Translations under genes and position numbers: made by a program
Shown here: piece after piece, positions 16,767-29,997 of the stretch
How the letters are laid out: each line of letters opens with the position of its first letter
How positions within the stretch are numbered: position 1 is the first letter of the stretch
Notes under the pieces: model-generated
What the model saw: the letters and a program-made list of their open reading frames with translations, nothing else
What the model was told of the DNA's origin: nothing
The model's database searches: none
NCBI GenBank assembly: GCA_964016885.1
Contig: OZ024744.1
Coordinates: forward strand, 17,670,001-17,734,000
Direction: 5' to 3'
DNA: 64,000 nt
Source: Eledone cirrhosa
Taxonomy: Eukaryota

Positions 16767-16810
<44 letters not shown>

Positions 16811-17375
16811 TTAGTCCTTCATCAGTGATCTTCCAACCTTCATTGGTATTTCATCGCTTTAAAGAACATATAGCTCCGGTTGGTGCGAGCAACGGCTAAA
16901 GAAAGTCGTTGGGACACGTAAATAGGGGGAACGAGCGAGACAGTAAACAATCAAAGATGGTAATGCAACGGGAAGTGAGGAAGAAGGAGTCAAGTCCCTG
17001 AAATCGATGAACATAAGTTCTGTGAAATCGTAGACGAGAGAGAATAAAGACCATCCGACCTGGTAAAATGTGCGTGAGGAAAGAATCTCGCACAGGTCAA
17101 ACGGGAGGAAGTAGGTGAGGGAGTAGCAGAAAGTGAGTGAGTGAAAGTGTGAGGAAGAGTCTAACAGAGAGAGTGACTGATAGAGGGGGTAAAAGAAGTG
17201 AGAAATACAGAGAAAAGGGGAAGCAGTAAGAATGAAACAGACGGGTCATAGCGGAGAAAAATATATATGAAAAATATGAAAACATGGCGTGCTGCGTGGT
17301 TGCAAATGGGTTATATATGAATAAATTTAGTCCTTCATCAGTGATCTTCCAGCCTTCATTGGTATTTCATCGCTT

Positions 17376-17487
<112 letters not shown>

Positions 17488-17749
17488 GTGAGAGAGTGAT
17501 AGCGAGTGTGAAGGGGGAGAGAAAAGGTAGATAGAAGGCAGTCATCGTATTTTAATGGATATCTTTTGATAGTGATTCCAGAAAATAGGAAAGAAAATGA
17601 GTGTAATTGATTTAATATAAAATGAAATACAGCGATGAAGCGAGTGATAAGAAGGAGAATGTCCAGAGAAACTCCAACATTGCAGTAAATTATTAAATTA
17701 CATATTTCTAAAATCATAATCGCCGTTATTTTTGACGGGTACAAAGCAA

Positions 17750-17871
<122 letters not shown>

Positions 17872-18249
17872 TGTGTGTGTTTGTGTGTGTGTTTGCGTGC
17901 GTGTGTATATATTTATGTGTGAGTGTGTGTGTCTGTATGTGTGTGTGCATGCATACATGTGTCTGTGTGTTTGTTTGAATATTGGTATATCTGTGTGCAC
18001 ATTATTTTGTTCCTATTCGTTAGTCGTACAGGGATATTTGTTCCATAAATAAACCAATAAACCTTCACAGTAATCACCTTAGAAACAAAAGAAAACCTCT
18101 TGAGAGTTGAGTAGGCGAGCCGTTTTCAAATCCCGATAGAAGCAGTTTTAGACCAAATATGACATTACCCGGTATGTTTTGTAAAGTTAAAGATAAACTT
18201 GTTAGTGAAAACTTTCAACAATAGTAGATGTATTCAACAGAATTCGTAA

Positions 18250-18410
18250 TATAATCGGTTTGTCTCTCCACAGTCCTGGCGGACAGAATAGAGGAGGCGT
18301 TTCCCCGGAGGACGGCAAGGGAGACACGCTGGAAAAGCCACGCCACCTCGTGAGACTCATACCTGCGGCTGGCCAGCTCAGCGTTTGTGGTGGTAATCTA
18401 CTTGAGCTAC
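18250..18410 (-). mobile_element. C-terminal fragment of a CRE-like (RLE) non-LTR element
   Basis: Minus strand translates EVAWLFQRVSLAVLRGNASSIL, resembling the FQR.S.A..RGNA C-terminal motif of CRE-type elements. Confidence 0.6.
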
Positions 18411-18712
18411 TGCTTAAAGTTATTGCGTTTTAAAATGCACGAACGCCACAGCTTCCCATTTCTCCGTCTCATTCGAATGATTTGTAATATACATGAACAT
18501 TCTTGAAACATTTTCAGGTGCAAATTTGTACAAAATAAACTGTAATGAATTTGACAGATGCTTTTCTGTATTTTTCGTGGTGAACTTTGTCTTTCCTTTT
18601 TTCGAGGTCGCTGAAATAAAATACCAGACATATACTGGGGGTGATATAATCAACTTTGTTCTCACTCAAAATTGTTAGAATTGTGTCTAGAGACTAGAGG
18701 ACATTATATACT

Positions 18713-18903
18713 GCGGTGAATTGGCAGTATCGGTAGAGGGTTGGATGCCATGCTTTCTAGCATAGTTACGTCCCCTTACAGTCTGAGTTCAAATCCCGCC
18801 GAGGTTAACTTTGCCTTTCATACTTACGGGGTCGATAAAATAAAGTACCAGTAATGTACTGGTTAATTGCTGGCCTTGTGCCAAAAGTAGAAACAATTAT
18901 TTA
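18713..18903 (+). mobile_element. tRNA-derived SINE
   Basis: A/B boxes, core GAGGTTAACTTTGCCTTTCAT..GGGGTCGATAAAATAAAGTACCAG, tail. Confidence 0.9.
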
Positions 18904-19414
18904 CTGTTAAACGTTTAGATTCCCAGTTTATGCCATGGAAAGGAAGAAACTACGAAATATAAGAAATACGAGGGGGGCACAGAGAGAGAGAGAGAGATGG
19001 AGGGGAGATAGAGGGAGAGACAGAGAGAGAAAGAATGAAAGATACGGAGGTGGGGATGAGAGAGAGATAGCGAGCGAGAGAGAAAGAGTGGAAAAAGAGT
19101 GGGAGAGAGAGAGAGAGTGGAAAGTGAGAGGAAGAGAGAGGGGGAGAGAAACAGGAGTAGAATAGTTTGACGGAAACAATGCAGATGCCTATCGTTTATC
19201 TATATCTATACATACATGGTGGCTGCCAACTCGTTTTCGAGTACGGCCACTACTTTATATACATGTAGGTGAACCCCTACCGATGCGCTGAACGAGTGTG
19301 ACTTTTTAGTCCAGCCAGCGACTTGAAAACTCTGGTACAAACACTACACCTGTGACAATTATTGACACATAGTGCTTTGCCTTTGGTACCATGTGACGAC
19401 AAGTGCAGAGAGAT

Positions 19415-20500
19415 CTCCAGATATAAAGCAATGCCTGTGCCGTGAAGCTTTTAAAGTGAGCAAAGGCACTGCACAAAGCCAGTCCCACTCTCTTAACCAA
19501 GATGATATTTACCAAAAAGAAGAACGAGTCAACATCATTGGATACCATCAGGGTTGCAGGTGTTATATCAGAGATTTCCTTCTCCTAGAACTCTGCCTTG
19601 ACAAAGGCTAAGGGGCCATCTCTCCCAGTGATTTTGGATGGCCATTGACTCTTAAGAGCTCCTTTGCCCTTTGACAGGTTTTGTTTTTAGTCCTGCAGGA
19701 TGTCCAAAGTCACCCTCCTCACCAAGAAACCTTGGTGGGGTTGCCAGTTTAGTCGCCAACGACCCGACCATGAGACAGGTTGTACTGGGATACATGTTAC
19801 CAGTAGCACCAAGTGGTGACCTGACATACATACATACATACATACATACATACATGATGATGGCTTCCCCCTCGTTATCGAGTAAGGCCATTACATATAT
19901 ACCATTATTAATAACTATTAATTAATTCTATAGTGCAATGCCTGTGCGTGAAGATATTTTTTAAAGTGACGAAAGACTGTGCACTGAGCCAATCCCACTC
20001 TCTAAGCGACAGTAGCTATAACCCGAAAAGAAGAAAATATCAACATCATCGGTAACTACTGAGCCGCAGGTTTTACTTCGGAGTTATGCCAGTTTCCTGA
20101 GTTGCCTTCTCCTAGAAGAATTCCCTGACAAAGGCTAGGGGTCATTTACTCCCTGTGGTTTAACCACACGATCGGGTGTCGAGCCCGACTCTTTCTATGT
20201 CCTCGCACATATTCATACACATGCACCCATGTATATACACATATACATATACATACATATGTACATGTGTATATACATATTTACACACATTTGGATGGCC
20301 GTTAAATCTTATAAGTTCTTCCGCCATTTGTCAGGTATTGTTTTTTGTCCTGCAGGGTGTCCAAAATCACCGTCCTCACCAAGTAAGCTTGGTGGGGTTG
20401 CCGGTTTAGTCGCCGACGACCCGACCATGCGACAGGTTGTACTGGGTTACATGTTACCAGTAACACTCAAGATTGACCGACATACATACATGCATACATA
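19415..20500 (+). repeat. Two tandem diverged copies of an unclassified interspersed repeat ending in (CATA)n
   Basis: 19430-19620 resembles 19935-20155; 19635-19855 resembles 20290-20500; a third copy is at about 22703-22900 (-). Confidence 0.75.
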
Positions 20501-20514
20501 CATATATATATATA

Positions 20515-20890
20515 TTATACAGCTGACGGCCGTATGTATGTAACAAACTTTTCGCCAAACGGCTGGACCAAACAGCACCAAATTTGCACCATAGATGTAA
20601 CGTTTTCCAAGTAAGAAAGTGAGAGTATTTTCGTCTTCTAAATTTACTTAAAAGATTAAATATATTTTACCGTTTATTTAAATATTCACTTCTTTAAAAT
20701 GTTCAAATGTCAACACACCCGGTTATACGATATTCCCCTCTCTTTCTTAGTCTGTCTTTTTAGATAGATACATAGCTATAAGGTCATACGCACGCTTATA
20801 ATATCTGTCTATCTGGCTGCCTGTCTACATTGACTTCGCGTCTAACCAACTTTTAATTAATTCAGTGCAAAGATACAGCACGCCCTCTCA

Positions 20891-20934
<44 letters not shown>

Positions 20935-21780
20935 AAGTATGACTCCGACGGCAGAGCTGAAGCCGTTTCGACGGCTATTTCTGGACTAAAAGTCCAGAAA
21001 TAGCCGTCGAAACGGCTTCAGCTATTTCCCACTCTACTACCCTAAGTATTGAGTACTCTGGTGCGTTATGGTCCTTCTGGTTCCTTACCACAATTCCTTT
21101 GTTATATATATATATATATATAATTATATATTTGTGTACAGATATTTTTGCATACACAAAAACAAAATATAAACAAACGTATTTATTTCACGAAAGCACA
21201 GACGGCTTATCGTCATTGTTACTGCCGATATGCCACCCAAAAAGTCCCAGCCTGGCCGCAAGATCAGATTTTCCAGAAGAAAAAATGTTACTAGAGCAAG
21301 AGAGAGACTTAGCTTCGCGATTACCATCAACAAAGCTCAGGGTCAAACCTTAAAAGTGGCTGGCCTTCATTAGGGAAAACCATGCTTCTCCCATGGTAAA
21401 TTGTATGTAGGATGCTCTAGGGTGAGCTCGCCAAACAATCTCTTCATTTTTTCTCCCGGGGGCCGAACAAAAAATATTGTATACTCTAAGGCTCTAACAA
21501 CGTAATTTATGTATTTTCTGTTACTTGGAATTTCCATTATGGTTGTACAAATTATTGTAATGTTTATTAAAAAATGTGTTCTCTGTTCATCTTTTATTGT
21601 TGTAACTATGAATTTTCTTTAGCGTACTGGCTGCTGAACTGGGGACTCCTAAAAACTATTCAAACCCAACATCAGAGCACGTTACCCCCCCCCCCCTCAC
21701 TGACTTGAGAGAGCGTGCGGTATCTTTGCACTGGAGTGGAAGGGGGAATCCTGAAAAGATAAAATGCCGGTATACCTAGA
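20515..21780 (+). mobile_element. Helitron relic (5'-like segment plus PIF1 helicase C-terminus at 21305-21505)
   Basis: RLSFAITINKAQGQTLKVAGLH*GKPCFSHGKLYVGCSRV..TKNIVY; boundaries uncertain. Confidence 0.7.
20931..21104 (+). mobile_element. Mini fold-back PLE tail in (TA)n, same family as 33509-33686 and 62808-62996
   Basis: Hairpin AGCTGAAGCCGTTTCGACGGCTATTTCTGGACT-AAA-reverse complement; tail ..CCACAATTCCTTTGTTA(TA)n. Confidence 0.8.
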
Positions 21781-21800
21781 CTGGCGCCAGCTGGATGGGC

Positions 21801-21850
<50 letters not shown>

Positions 21851-22062
21851 TGCAGTGCACCTTACTGCTGCATTAGTGCGGCAGAAACTCGAGTCCGGGA
21901 ACCTTATAGGCACCCGTTTTACGTGTGTTATGTTGAGGCAAATAACTATGTGTATACTCTGGTAATGTATCTTACATTGCCCATTGAGTGCGCTGAGATA
22001 CAACCAGTACTGGCATTGATAAATATAATGGGTCCGTCAACTCTTATTACTATTATTATATA

Positions 22063-22164
22063 TCCCGCCGAGGTTAACTTTGCCTTTCATCCTTCCGGGG
22101 TCGATAGAATAAAGTACCAGTAATGCATTGGATAATTGCTGGCCTTATGCCAAAAGTAGAAACA

Positions 22165-22190
<26 letters not shown>
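22063..22190 (+). mobile_element. 5'-truncated SINE
   Basis: Core, tail and (ATT)n. Confidence 0.85.
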
Positions 22191-22218
<28 letters not shown>

Positions 22219-22702
22219 AACTTTCTGCCTTGACCGCTGGTCACGTGATAGTTTTGAATTAATTTCTGGCGGGCATCATGGTAGAAGTAACTTAGTCCAG
22301 TCTGGGGTATCTCCCGATGAGTTCCAAGCCTCGTGGATTTCTCCAAGACCAGATATATCCAAAAAGCGGAATGAAATCATCGGTTGGTAGAGACTATGAG
22401 AATTCTGGTAAAATTTATGTGCATTTTTTCTTCAAACTTCGATTTTGTACCTAATTCCGTGTAGTTAACTATTTGTCTAGTCAATTTCTACAAGCTAGAA
22501 GAAATAATTAAAAAAATGTCACATGGCTGTACATCGCGGAAGATAATCTGTATCATTTGTCTATTATTTCTTCATAAGTACATTTTAAACTTATAGCCTC
22601 GTTTAAATGATTTTTTATGTGGTTAATTTATACTGATTGGGAGAGGAAATACTGTATATATTTTATCTAATGGTTCTTTGGACTTACATTTATATATATA
22701 TA

Positions 22703-22900
22703 TTATGTGTCAGGTCGCTCTCGAGTGCTACTGGTAACATGTAACCCAGAACAACCTATCTCGTGGTCGAGTCGTCGGCGACTAAACCAGCAAACCCACA
22801 AAGCCTGCTCGGTGAGGAGGGGGATATTTGGACACCCTGCTGGATGAAATACAAGACCTGGCAAAGGGCGGAAGAATTCAACAGAGTCAACGGCCATCCA
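22703..22900 (-). repeat. Copy of the (CATA)n-tailed repeat
   Basis: Reverse-complement similarity to 19635-19830. Confidence 0.75.
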
Positions 22901-23991
22901 AATAGTACTTTTTTTCCACCTGGCAGTGAAAAGCCCCCAGTTGTTATCACAACATCTTTCTAAGACAGAGAAACTCTGAAAAAAACCAAAATAAAAAAAA
23001 AACCTGCGGCTTCGGAAGCATCCGATGATGTTGACCAGTTTTCCTTTTCGGGTAGTGTTTTCGATGCTCAGAGTGGCATTGGTCGAGTGCAAGGCCTCTT
23101 CCCACTTACAAAACCTTCAAATCACAGGCATTGCTTGTTCAGGATCTGTTACAAGTTCGTGTGGTTGGCTGTAGTCTAAAAGTGCACAATTTTATGTAAT
23201 CTGACAAGCGATTGCAATACTCTTAGCAGAAGTTGCAGCCACCATATATATTATAAAAGTAACGAAGATCGCTGGTATAAATTCAGCGTCCTCCGGCCAA
23301 CGTCTAGCTCACTCAATGAACCTGGCAAATTGCAGTAATGCAGCTGCATTCAACTGTTTAGAATGTACGCATTTAGTTAATAGCAGATACGTTGGCTGTC
23401 TTTTAGTAGAGATACAAGTAGATATCTCATTTCCTGGACGATATCGTTTCTGTATGATATAACTTTACAGCTGCAGATATTACGTCTGCAATGTTCAGAA
23501 AATGACGCAAAAATCAGTGCATATTTACGTAATCGGACTATTACACGTCCCCAGCAGGGTTGCCCACGTCATAAGATAGGTCCGTGCAGTATGAGCTAGC
23601 CATTACTACTGGATAAGTTATCTCGCAGTTCAAGGCAATCCCCCCTCCATCTCTAATGAAAAGAGGAAGAATCTATCGCAGACCATAACACGTGGTTTTG
23701 GTAGATGAATTCAAAGAAAGGAATTCGCGCCAAAACGAAGCACTCAACCGGTTTCTAGTATATGTGTATACATACATAACGAGGTCCATGCATGTATACA
23801 TATATACAAGCAAATAAAATCTGATTTGTGATACAAAGTCAAATATTCAATACTCGAAATTTAATTTTAGGAAACATAAACAAGAAATATTGAAAAGTCT
23901 AACCTTAAACAAGAGTTTCAGCTGGGAGTATAATATAATAAAAGTGTCGAAGATCATTCCTATTAATTCAATATATATATATATGTATATG

Positions 23992-24131
<140 letters not shown>

Positions 24132-24457
24132 TCGTTGTGTACATCTATGTTTTATAGCCAGCAATATAACGGCTCGAGAAAAATCGATATTAAATACAAA
24201 ACTTTAAAATATTACCACTGAGTCCAAGATTAATGTAGTGCCCCAGCATGGCTGCTGTCTAATGACTGGAAACAATAAAAGAATGGACATCAGTTGGTCT
24301 AGACAATGATTGTCCTTGTTTGATCAACGGTATAGCCTAATCACGACGTGTAAGTGGCTGAACATACTCTTGAGACGTGCTCCATTGAAGCAATCCTCAG
24401 ACAGAGTCAACGCGACACAGTTTGTAATATGGCTAGTTTTTTACGAATGCTAACCAT

Positions 24458-25625
24458 GTGAATTCTTCTAGAACACAGCACAATAATATAAGTGGTAATA
24501 AGAACTTAACTAAAAACCGCAAAAGAAACATAACATGGTACAACGCACCCTTCAACCTGCAAACTATTGGACAAATCCCTCCAAAATTCTTCGAAATTCT
24601 ACATAAACATTTTCCACCCAACCACAGATACCACCAAATATTTAACAGATATACTGTTAAATTCTCATACTCTACATCAATCTCCAGCAAAAAAATAAGC
24701 AATTACAACATTTATAAATTTAAATATATTATGACCACACCACCACAACATAATTTAAATAGGACTGCACCTTTTAAAAGGACAAATAATACAATCCTTC
24801 AACCTGGAAAACACAACCACCCAAATCACCAACATAAAAACAACAGAATACAAAGTCCCAATACAACCCAAGCACTAAACCACACACAAAGCAACCTTCA
24901 TTCTCCCGCTAACATTAATTACAATAGGAATAGCTCAAGGATTAATGAGAATGGTATAGGTACCCCCAACAACCATCTTACGTATGGTTGTAATTGCAGA
25001 CATAGAAGCATTTGCCCCTTGAATAGCAACTGTTTGATTAATAATTGTTTCTACTTTTGGCAAAAGGCCAGCAATTACCCAGTGCATTACTGGTACTTTA
25101 TTTTATCGACCCCGGAAGGATGAAAGGCAAAGTTAAGCTCGGCGGGATTTGAACTCAGATCATACAGGGAGGTAACTCTAGGCTTCAAAGCATGGCATCC
25201 GACCCTCTACCGATACTGCCAATCCACCGCCTTTGATTAACTGTTTGATTAATAATGTAATATATAAATGCACTGTGTCAACTAGTGACTCCAACAAAAC
25301 ATATATAGTATCTACATCAAACACATTTAAGAAAAGATTTTACGCACACTCTAGTAGTTTTAACAATACTAAACTAGCTAACACCACATCTTTAGCTGAA
25401 GCAGTAAATAACTATAAAAAGAAAAAATAGATTTCAAGCTATCATGGAACACCACTCTACAAAGAACTCCATATCTTGGGAACAGGAGAGAATGCATGTT
25501 ATGTTCAGGGGAGATATTGGAAATTACTAAATCTAAGGACGATTTTATTGAATAAAATACAGGAACTGATTATAGTTTGTAATCACCGTATACGAAAAAC
25601 ATTTAAATACTATAAACCTAATTAA
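24458..25625 (+). mobile_element. PLE 3' fragment (RT thumb + GIY-YIG, CNC..CPL..C type), interrupted by a SINE
   Basis: RKRNITWYNAPF..HFPPNHRYHQIFNRYTVKFSYS..CNCRHRSICPLNSNCL/NVIYKCTV..TY..STSNTFKKRFYAHSSSF. Confidence 0.85.
25046..25231 (-). mobile_element. Full SINE with target-site duplication AACTGTTTGATTAATAAT (25028-25045 / 25239-25256)
   Basis: Direct repeat flanks the SINE and the PLE ORF resumes after it. Confidence 0.92.
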
Positions 25626-25884
25626 ATATTCTAAATAGCAACTCACTATAATTCTATATGGCGTAACATTTGTTAGTATACCTTTCTCCTAATTATACGC
25701 ATTCATGTTTTTTTCTTACCTTTTAATGTTTTAGCTTCCTTAGATTTATAGGTTAATGACTAAGGGAAACAAGGTACACAACCACCTGTAATTCCATGAG
25801 TAAATATGTATCTATGTATGTATGATATGGGAATATATATATATATTAAAATAACAGATTAACGTTTAAGCAAAGAATTATTAT

Positions 25885-25928
<44 letters not shown>

Positions 25929-27423
25929 GTTAGAACACGAAAAGTGTGAAACAACAGAATGTTCACTTTTCGTGTTCTAACATATATGCCTAACATCTTC
26001 ATAAATTTTTCGGGGATAGCCGTGGTGGTGGTGATCGTATGTCATTGGCTAATTTTCAACCAATCAGAGTAAGTGTTGATATATATATATATATACTATT
26101 CCCCCTCTCTCTATATATATCTTACGCTTTCGCTTTACACTCCTCCCCTTCAATAACACATTTCCCCCTCTCTATATATCTCTTCCACTGTTACTTACGC
26201 CTGTTTCTCTCTATCTGTTCCGTCTCTATATATATATATATCTCTTACTCTTTCGCTTTGCACTCCTCCCCTTCAATACCATCTCTCCCCCTCTATATAT
26301 ATTTGTTACTCTATCGCTGCACGCTCCTCTCCTTCAATATATCAATTACACACGCTTTACACTCCTTTATCCCCAGCGCCCCTATATATACACCCCCCTC
26401 CCGCATCTATATTTTAATGTTCCGTTGCACTGTGAATATATGTGTCTATATATATATACATATATATTGTATATACACATTCATGTATGTGTATACACAC
26501 TCATGTATGTATATACACTGGTTTTATGTGTGTATTGTAAATTTGTACTGTTAAAACACGAAACTAACATTCGATTGACACTTTGATTACCTGTACAGGC
26601 AATAGTTATTAGAATGCTGTTGAAGTGTGTATATATTTTTGGGGACATCCTGTATATACACACATTATATATAATACAATAAACAGATAAATACACACAT
26701 ATATATATGAGCTTATTTAATTATAAATATTGTGAATTTTTAACTCAGTTCAATTATATATATAAATGGCTTCTACAGGACTAGAACTGTTTCATTCGAA
26801 AGAAATCATCATAATATTGAGAGGGGGGACTAGATAAAATATTTCAAATCAAATGTGTATAAGTTATAAGTTAAAATGTATAAATAGAGACGATAGTGGA
26901 GGTATATCTGTTTAGTGGAACAGTAGACGATAGAATTAAATACAGACGAGAATCTCCCTTTAATGAAACAGCAGACGGTAGAATTAAGGCAATTTAAATT
27001 TTAAGCATTTGCATTTCATCGTTACGGGGTCGATAAAATAAAGTACCAGTAATACACTGTCACTATAAGTAAACGACTTTCAAATTGAATTGTTGGTTCC
27101 ATTTCTTTAGTATTTTCAATTGTAGTTATCTACTTAAAAAGCGTTACACGGTTAGAGACATAATTGGTAAGTTATATCTTCCCTATTAAACCATTGCATT
27201 ATTTCGCCTACAATATAACAAAAATGAAATGTTTTTAAAGAAACAGGAATATAACTTTATAAAAAAAAAAGTTGCATCCGCTTCTTTTATCATTGATAAT
27301 TTTTTCGTTTTAATATTAATTGTTTTTTGTAGTTGTTTATATTAAAAATCTTACTGTAATATTTACTTAAACGAAGGCAGACATCTAAACTTATAGATTA
27401 ATCTTGAGCGAAGGACTAGATAA

Positions 27424-27505
<82 letters not shown>

Positions 27506-27509
<4 letters not shown>

Positions 27510-27807
27510 GAAGAATGATAACATTTCAAGCAAAGAGTTTAATTAGGTAATGACTTACAAATTTGTTTCAGTATATATTTAATATAATATTAATATATTT
27601 TGTAATATTATTAACTAATTATTATAATTAGCGCTTCAGGCTTTGTCTATATACTGAAACAAATTTGTAAGTCATTACCTAATTAAACTCTTTGCTTGAA
27701 ATTTTATCACTCTTCGTTTTGAATTTCTCCTAAGTATTCAATACTCTGTTGAGAAATACATTTTACATAAACAGTCTTTGTACCATTTATACGGTATTAA
27801 TTACTTA

Positions 27808-27812
<5 letters not shown>
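27506..27812 (+). mobile_element. Fold-back PLE tail in (TA)n; 72-bp arms 27506-27577 / 27648-27719; carries the 3' half of an HHR
   Basis: GAAA-CAAATTTG-TA (palindromic stem III) at the inner end of the arms. Confidence 0.7.
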
Positions 27813-27852
<40 letters not shown>

Positions 27853-27899
27853 CGTATGATTAGAACTGTGTTTATTATTAATATTTTAATGGATTTAAT

Positions 27900-27992
27900 G
27901 AAAAATTTTAGGTGTTCATATATATATTCTAAAACTGCGCGAAATCGTGAATCCGCGATAGTTGAACCGCCAAGTAGCGAGGTATCACTGTA
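27900..27992. mobile_element. Tigger/pogo-like DNA transposon terminus
   Basis: Reverse complement reads TA|CAGTGATACCTCGCTA..TCGCGGATTC. Confidence 0.55.
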
Positions 27993-28018
27993 TATATGTT
28001 TAAATATATAGTGTAGCT

Positions 28019-28483
28019 GTGATGTATCTCGCGAGTGAATCGAGACCTGTCACTGATTTTGGTGTCCCCACTGCCGATGTGAATGAGCAACGCTGCACTT
28101 GTGAATTGGGTCTTGATGTTGCAGGCAGTTCATATACTTACAATGATGCGGTCCCACAAGCTTGTTCACATTCCTGTGCTAATAATCTAGATGGGCGTAT
28201 TAAATTGGATGTGAAAGCAGCTTACCGGATGCGGAATCGGGAGAAGTTGAGACAAAAACAGGCCGATTATAGAGCTGTGAATTTTGCTAAATTAACACAA
28301 AAACAGGCCAAGTATAGATGTTCAAAACGGTATGAGTTGGCAAACAAGCAGGCCAAGTATAGATCTGCAAATTCAGCTATTATATCTCAAAAGCAAGCCG
28401 AGCGTAGAGCTTCTAAACGTACCGAGTTTGCTAAAGAGCAGACCGAGTACAGATCTGCAAATATCTTATTGCACAAACAATAA
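28019..28483 (+). other. 154-aa ORF with five 15-aa (45-bp) KQA.YR repeats; possibly a Helitron N-terminal relic
   Basis: Repeats visible at protein and DNA level; the origin is inferred only. Confidence 0.35.
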
Positions 28484-28507
28484 TTCTGCACAAATGTTGC
28501 TCCATTA

Positions 28508-28690
28508 TTTTGGCAGTATTGGTAGAGGGTCGGATGCCATGCTTTCCAGCATAGTTACGTCCCTTTACGATCTGAGTTCAAATCCTGCCGAGGTTGACTT
28601 TGCCTTTCATCCTTACGGGGTAGATAAAATAAAGTACCAGTAATGCACTGGGTAATTGCTGGCCTTGTGCCTAAAGTAGAAACAATTATT
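28508..28690 (+). mobile_element. tRNA-derived SINE
   Basis: A/B boxes, core, tail. Confidence 0.9.
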
Positions 28691-28869
28691 AGATCTAATG
28701 TTGCAACGATACAGTTAAATGTTGTCTGTGTATTTTAAAAAAGATTTGCTTATAATCTTTTCAAATTTCATTACGCCAATGATTCAAGCTCAAATTGACA
28801 TTATCTAAAAAATTGTACAAACAGCGGTGGATTAGCAGTAGTGAACAGATAAATCAGTCAATTTATTAA

Positions 28870-29530
28870 GATTGACTTGGCATCAATCAGCAAGACCTTC
28901 ATTAGCTGCTCTCCAGCCATCTATTTAAAGCTGTATACATCTATGGTACGAATACACTTGGAGTTCGCGTCATCAGTCTGGAACCCCTATCTTGCTCAGA
29001 ACATTGACCTCCTGGAAACTGTTCAGAGACATGCAACCAAGCGCATACCCTCCATCAGACACCTACCATACCCTGAATATTTTGCTTCCCTCTGGCAATG
29101 GACTTGGTAAACACCCACAAAGTTATTAGCCATCCGACCAACAACAACCCCGAACACCTTTTTGATCTCCATGTGTCTAACACGTGGACATGCCTACAAA
29201 GTCAGAAAACAACACAGCTCCCATGACTTTAGGAAATATTTCTTCATGCTCAGAGTTGCTGAAGGATGGAACAAACTTCCTGCATCAGTTGTTAGCTGAT
29301 GACACACTGCATCCTTTAAAACCATTATACATTCCGAAATACACCAAAACTACACCTGATGTCCCCCTTCCATACACATGCACATATGTGTATATCATGA
29401 CTCATGCACTGTTCTTTTTTCCTGACGTTTTTATATTACCCTATGTATTATATATGCACTTTTGATGAGTTGTAGTGCACCTCAGCATTGTACACAATAT
29501 TTTCATTATTATTATCATTATTATTATTAC
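28870..29530 (+). mobile_element. CR1-clade LINE 3' fragment with 3' UTR and (ATT)n tail
   Basis: LYTSMVRIHLEFASSVWNPYL..LETVQRHATK; RGHAYK..FFMLRVAEGWNKLP. Confidence 0.85.
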
Positions 29531-29997
29531 ACTCATTGATCCATTTTGCACTAACTCTGCATCAAGCACCCTCACCTAAATATTAACCAATCAAGGATCC
29601 AATACAGCTATCTGTTGGATGAGTATTGTATAGTGCCAAAAACGAAACCAATCAGTTTAGCAGAAAATTTCCAGACAAGAAACACGCATATTTTGCTATC
29701 CTCAAACACGTTTACACATGGCATGAAATATAACTAATCCGAGATGGCTAGGTTTCATCTTCTAACTGGATATATGAAATCCATTATGTCTTGACAACAA
29801 CATGAGGTAACATTATGTTATTCACAGACACACTTTGTACACTGTTCCATATCAGAATGTATTTCCTTCGTCACATTCACAAACAGTATTGAAAATATGT
29901 TCTTCGGCAAATAAAAATGTTTTGTTCATAATATTTCAACTAGCGATTGCTCTACTCCACGCACGACCACCATAAATTAATGACCAGCTCAACACAA

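Larger units (their letters stand above)
13771..16773 (+). mobile_element. Young Penelope-like element with inverted pseudo-LTRs (13812-14333 = reverse complement of 16252-16773), inserted in (TA)n
   Basis: 522-bp inverted repeat (only one mismatch noticed), RT-GIY-YIG ORF between the arms, (TA)n on both sides. Confidence 0.95.

Noticed and set aside
23740-23815. HHR on the minus strand (GAAACCGGT plus a hairpin)
   Set aside because: No 5' core segment found
25735-25795. HHR in the PLE 3' UTR
   Set aside because: Only GAAA and stems II/III are plausible; the core is not recognisable
26778-26818. Degenerate HHR (ATGATGA..GAAACAG) on the minus strand
   Set aside because: C3 lost and stems I/III not supported
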